Below, piece by piece: positions 58,725-64,000 of a stretch of 64,000 nt of DNA (position 1 is its first letter; every line of letters starts with the position of its first letter). Where the stretch lies: contig OX597826.1 of assembly GCA_951406725.2 (NCBI GenBank), positions 28,086,001-28,150,000 on the forward strand, given 5' to 3'. Under the pieces are notes generated by a model. The model did no database searches, was not told where the DNA came from, and worked only from the letters and a program-made list of their open reading frames with translations. This DNA is from Octopus vulgaris. Lineage: Eukaryota. A program made the position numbers and the translations under genes.

Positions 58725-59080
58725 TCTTTTACTTGTTTCAGTCATTTGACTGCAGCCATGCTGGAGCACCGCTTTTAGACGAAGAAATCGACCCTAGGAC
58801 TTATTCTTTGTAAGCTTGTCGGTGTCTTTTGCCGAACCGCTAAGTTACGGGGACATAAACACATCAGCATCGGTTGTCAAGTGAGGTTGCGGGGAGAAAC
58901 ACAGACACACAAAACTAAACATATATACAGGCTTCTTTTCAGTTTCCGACTACCAAATCCAATCACAAGGCTTTGGTCGGTCCGAAGCTATAGTAGAAGA
59001 CACTTGCCCAAGGTGCCACGCTGTGGGACTAAACCTGGAACTATGTCGTTGGCAAGCAAGCTACTTACCACACAGCCACC
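58725..59080 (-). mobile_element. SINE family A, tail-to-tail with the previous copy
   Basis: Reverse-complement match. Confidence 0.88.
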
Positions 59081-59097
59081 CTTAAGTCTACATATTT

Positions 59098-59462
59098 ATC
59101 TTTTCCTTGTTTAAGTCATTAGACCGCAGCCATCCTGGGGCACCGCCTTGAAGAAATTTTAGTCAAAACGAATCGAATCCAGAACTTTTTCTTTCAAGCT
59201 TGGTTCTGATGCCGAATTGTTAAGTACGGGGACATAAACACCAGTTGTCAAGCAATGGTGAAGGACAATGACAGCCTCAAAGCCACACGCATACGCACAT
59301 AGATATACATACGACGGGCTTCTTTCAGTTTCCACAAACCAAATCCACTCACAGGACCTTGGTCTGCCCAAGACTATAACAAAACTCACTCAAGGTGCTG
59401 TGCAGTGGCGTTGAACCAGGAATCATGTGGTCGGGGAGAAAACTTCTTACCACACAGCCAAG
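59098..59462 (-). mobile_element. SINE family A, older copy
   Basis: gggcttctttcagtttcc...aaatccactcaca...cttaccacacagcca. Confidence 0.8.
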
Positions 59463-59713
59463 CCAGAGTCAATAAATGTTAATGTTTGTTTAGTTATAAT
59501 AACAACATTTTTACATTTAAATGTCAGCGGTTACTCTATATTGTCGCTGAGTATAAATTTATTATTGAAGAAGAATATTGTTAACAGTGATTTCAAAGTT
59601 GCAGCCAATTAAGTTATTTTATATATATGTACATACATACACACATACACACATACATATATATATGTATGTATATAGATATATGTATATATATATATAT
59701 GTGTGTGTGTGTA

Positions 59714-59747
<34 letters not shown>

Positions 59748-60349
59748 AGCATACATACATAGATGCATATGTATGTATATAGATATATGTATATATATAT
59801 GCATACATACATATATGCATGCATACAGATATGCATATACAAGCACACAAACACACACACACACCACACACACCACCTACATGAACCAAGATGTTAAAGA
59901 ATTTGGAATCAAGCTGCCGAAACAAGCTTTCAAAATCTCTAACATAAAACCTCGTAGTAAGCGAACACGACGATAAACTTCGTCGATTTACACCGAGGGG
60001 AATTTATTATAAGATACAACACCTTTACACGCAGCGATACACAAAAACCCAACAGGACGCCTAAAGGAGCCCTACATGGAGTTTGAAAATAACGAGTGCA
60101 TTACTATATGTGTGAATGATAAAAGTGAAAGCTCAAGTTGTTTGTCATAAAATCTAAGAGGGTCATAGTAATATATTATTATTAACAATGTTATCGTTTG
60201 GATGTTTACAATCATAATCTGATTGCCATCACAGTGAAACATTTTTCAGATAACATGATCGTTTTTCTGACCTTATTGCGTTATACATAGATATTGCGTT
60301 ATACATAAATACATAGATACATACAGATATATATATATATATGTATATG

Positions 60350-60417
<68 letters not shown>

Positions 60418-60626
60418 TTGCAAGATTTTTGCAAGATTTTAGTAAGGAGAAACACACAAATAAGAAAGAATAAAGCAAAGAACCACTGATGAGGTCACAG
60501 TAGAACTCTGGCCGAAATAAGATTAAGATTAATGTAAAAAGTAAATAACGCTGAAGCAAAGTAACACCAAATATATAGTGCGCATGTTTTTCATTGGCTA
60601 AACTGGCAAAATGACCATTCCTAAAT

Positions 60627-60660
<34 letters not shown>

Positions 60661-60680
60661 CGCGCGCACACACACACACA

Positions 60681-60712
<32 letters not shown>

Positions 60713-60744
60713 TATATGCATTCTATTTTCTAATAATGAATTCA

Positions 60745-60928
60745 GCCAGAGGCTGGGAATTTCGTTCGTAGTAATTATGAACCCAGGTTCGAAATTTCCC
60801 CAGAACACCTGATGAAGGCTTGAGGGTATATCAGCCAAAACGTTGTGTCAACAACAAACAAGATGAGAACAAATATCCGTCAAATGTAAATAATGTACAT
60901 AATTCCTCATCTCTTAAATATAGAACTG
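60745..60928 (+). mobile_element. Short repeat with minimal hammerhead, G12 mutated
   Basis: ACAC-CTGATGA-A-GGCT..AGCC-aAAAC-GTT-GTGT at ~60805-60848. Confidence 0.55.
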
Positions 60929-60949
60929 TAAATAAAAGAATGATAAATT

Positions 60950-61870
60950 GCTTATATTTCTGTAAAGCACAAACTATCTTAACACTTTTTATAAAATTGC
61001 TAATAATATTTCGGTATAAAAATATTAGGATTTCTGAAAAACCCGAATGGCAAGAAGATCCACTCGAATAGAATGGGAATCAAAGGGTTCCACAGGTAGA
61101 AAGGAAATCCACAAAATACGACAAGCAACAATCAACAACTGGGATTCTACAAAAAGTATAGAGCAAGACATTGAACATTTCATGAGAAAATACAACGCTG
61201 TAAATACACTGGTCAGTGCATTTATTAAAAATACGTAGACCACTCATAAAGTGTATTATATGAAACCAATGTATACTTATTAGGAAATAGATAGAGAAAC
61301 ACATTATGAAAAGCATCAAAGAACAGAACAGAAATGGCGTTACATCTAACGATAAATACTTCTTATACTTTAAGAAAATCGAAGATTATTAATATTCATA
61401 CAGATAATAAACAAAGCTTGTAAAGCCGCACTACCTACTCGTGACTTCAAGTCTCCCAATGTTACATTAGGCCAAACATGCACTGCATTCTCTCGTCGGA
61501 CCACCATGCATTTACAATGGAAATAATTACAATGCACAACAACAGGCATCACTATGTAAAAATCAAATGGGAAAACATTGATGAACAATACATCTATACT
61601 TTACAGATTCTTCGTTGAAATAAAGGATTAATTATGGAAGCGATATTCTTAATATTGGACAACGCTGAAATAAGCACAAAAGCCAGGTACATAAAGTAAA
61701 TATCTCAGGAATTACAAAATCAAAAAGAACAATATTCATATCTCACCGGAAAATATCTACATAAATCACATGTCTTGTCCACTGTAAAACGATATAATAC
61801 AGTCCACCATCCATTCATCCTGAAGATGGGACTGGGAAGGTTGGGGATAAATCCAGAATATTTAGTGTTC
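60950..61870 (+). pseudogene. Decayed Penelope-like element: RT thumb, linker, GIY-YIG endonuclease and start of pLTR
   Basis: EIHKIRQATINN...IEQDIEHFMRK; NQMY.Y..ID (with frameshift); YI/GQTCTAFSRRTTMHLQ (1-nt insertion at ~61468); MNNTSILYR; LIMEAIFL; CTGAAGATGG at ~61820. Confidence 0.7.
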
Positions 61871-61994
61871 TAAAGACATTCTACATGGAAATAACAAGAG
61901 AATATAGAATTGTAATAAAAAAGATTGATCAAGAACAGGATAAAGTGAAAAAGTATATTCCGTATATACATACACATAAATGTGTACATTCTTA

Positions 61995-62058
<64 letters not shown>

Positions 62059-62067
62059 CATATGTAC

Positions 62068-62172
<105 letters not shown>

Positions 62173-62351
62173 AGAGTAAGCACATAAATGCGAAACAAGG
62201 TGGAAAAAAGTACTCGGATAACAGAGGTAGAGTAATATGCTTTATTAAAAAGCAGCAGAAATATCAGAAAAACTGTTACTCAGAGTTTCACGACGAACGG
62301 AACGTAAAACTCTGAATAACAGTTTTTGTGATACTGTTGCTGCTCTTTAAT
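62173..62351. mobile_element. Second copy of the 27376 family, with its own inversion
   Basis: agagtaagcacataaatgcgaaac.aggtgg...; arms ~62244-62292 and ~62303-62351. Confidence 0.78.
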
Positions 62352-62427
62352 AGATAGATAGACAGACAGGCAGGCAGACAAGCATACAGGCTAACAGACA
62401 GACAGACAGACAGATAGACAGACAGAC

Positions 62428-62497
<70 letters not shown>

Positions 62498-63217
62498 ACA
62501 CACATACACACACTCACACAGATGGTCGCACCGACAGACAGAGGAACAGATAGAGAGATATCCGTTTTAATACATTTGCACGTGTGCGTACGTATGTGCC
62601 TACGGGTGTTGACGCGTCTTTGAGTATGTATGGTGTGTGTGTGTGAGAGAGAGAGAGCGCGCTCTGTGTGTGTCCAGATATACCTATAAATAAACAAATA
62701 CACACACATATACACATCGATACATCAGAGATTGCTTATTATATAAAACAAAAGCTAACTATTGTCTTTCTGCTTGGCCAAACATCTGTTTCCGCTAAAT
62801 TAACTCCATTCCAGGCAGTATCCTACTTAGGTTTCACCCTGTCGACTTGTGCTGATGTCCAGAAATTCCATGAGGTGTCATCGACAAAAGTTCTGTGTAC
62901 TGCACTACCGTGACTACACACTCTCTCCACAGGTAAAAGTATGTATGTGTGTGTGAGTGTATGTATGTATATATATGTATGTATGCGGGCGTGTGAGCGT
63001 GTGTGAACATATGTATATATGTATATATATGTGTGTGTGTGTATGTGTGTGTTTATATGTGTATATGATAGATTTATATATGTATGCATGTATGTATATA
63101 CATATATACATACATATAAGCGTATATACACATATATATATATACATACATACATGGATACATTCACACACACACACACATATATATATATACGTACAAA
63201 TGTATACATACAAATAA

Positions 63218-63272
<55 letters not shown>

Positions 63273-63426
63273 GGCTTAGTAAAATAAATTACTTTGCCGC
63301 ATACTGAACTCATTAGAAATAGCAGCTAAAAAACTTTTTTAAAAACCATTTCTAATACTTAAAGAAAATCTCTCTCGTATAGTGCCTGGTCAACTCAACT
63401 CACGAAAGTTTGGACAGAAATTGTTG

Positions 63427-63466
<40 letters not shown>

Positions 63467-64000
63467 TGTATATACACATATATCTATGTGTGTGTACATA
63501 AACATACAAGTAATTGCACATACATTTAGGTATGTATATAAACGCACGCACACATTAATATAAATATGCACACACACATACACACACAAGTACACACACA
63601 CCCACACATGTATACATAAAAAATATATGTCAATGTATGTATGTATGTATGTATGTATGTATGTATGTATGCATCGGCACAGGTCGAAATATAAATACAA
63701 ATACAAATACACAAACGTACATATACATATGACTGTATGTGTGTGTGCGCGTGTGTGTATGTGTGTGTGTATAGAGTAGAGAGAGAGAGGAGAAGGCATG
63801 ACTGTGTGACTAACAATGACGGTTTTGGGTTCATTCCCATTGCAGGGCTCCCTAGTCAAGAGATCTATGTGCGTATGTGTGTGTGTCTGTGTCTGTGCTT
63901 GTGTCTCTGTGTCTGCTTGATAATAGGTGTTGGTCTGTTTGCGGCCTCGTAAGCTAGTGACGCGGCAACAAGAAACCGATATCATAAGGGCCCACCTTTA

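Overview
Eukaryotic, very AT-rich, microsatellite-saturated non-coding DNA. The repeat landscape looks like an octopus/cephalopod genome (inference from repeat style, not a database result). I find no credible host exon: nearly all ORFs in the track are translations of (TA)n, (CA)n, (TATC)n, (TATG)n or trinucleotide tracts. The complex sequence is almost all mobile DNA: two abundant tRNA-derived SINE families, two Helitrons (one composite, carrying a PIF1 helicase fragment and a 166-bp minisatellite), two mariner relics, 3' fragments of a CR1-group and a Tx1/L1-group LINE, and a decayed Penelope-like (RT + GIY-YIG) ORF. The main signal is a set of short non-coding repeat families that each carry a type I hammerhead ribozyme motif. 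They include a near-perfect 3.5 x 534-bp tandem array with four intact hammerheads (retrozyme-like), a family with a compensatory G3-C8 core swap, an A6U variant, and five insertions that all share the same tails-outward inverted architecture. Separately, one SINE family has a 3' tail homologous to the Tx1-like LINE 3' UTR and shows the same SINE-in-SINE junction twice. All coordinates were read by eye; ends of decayed repeats are approximate.
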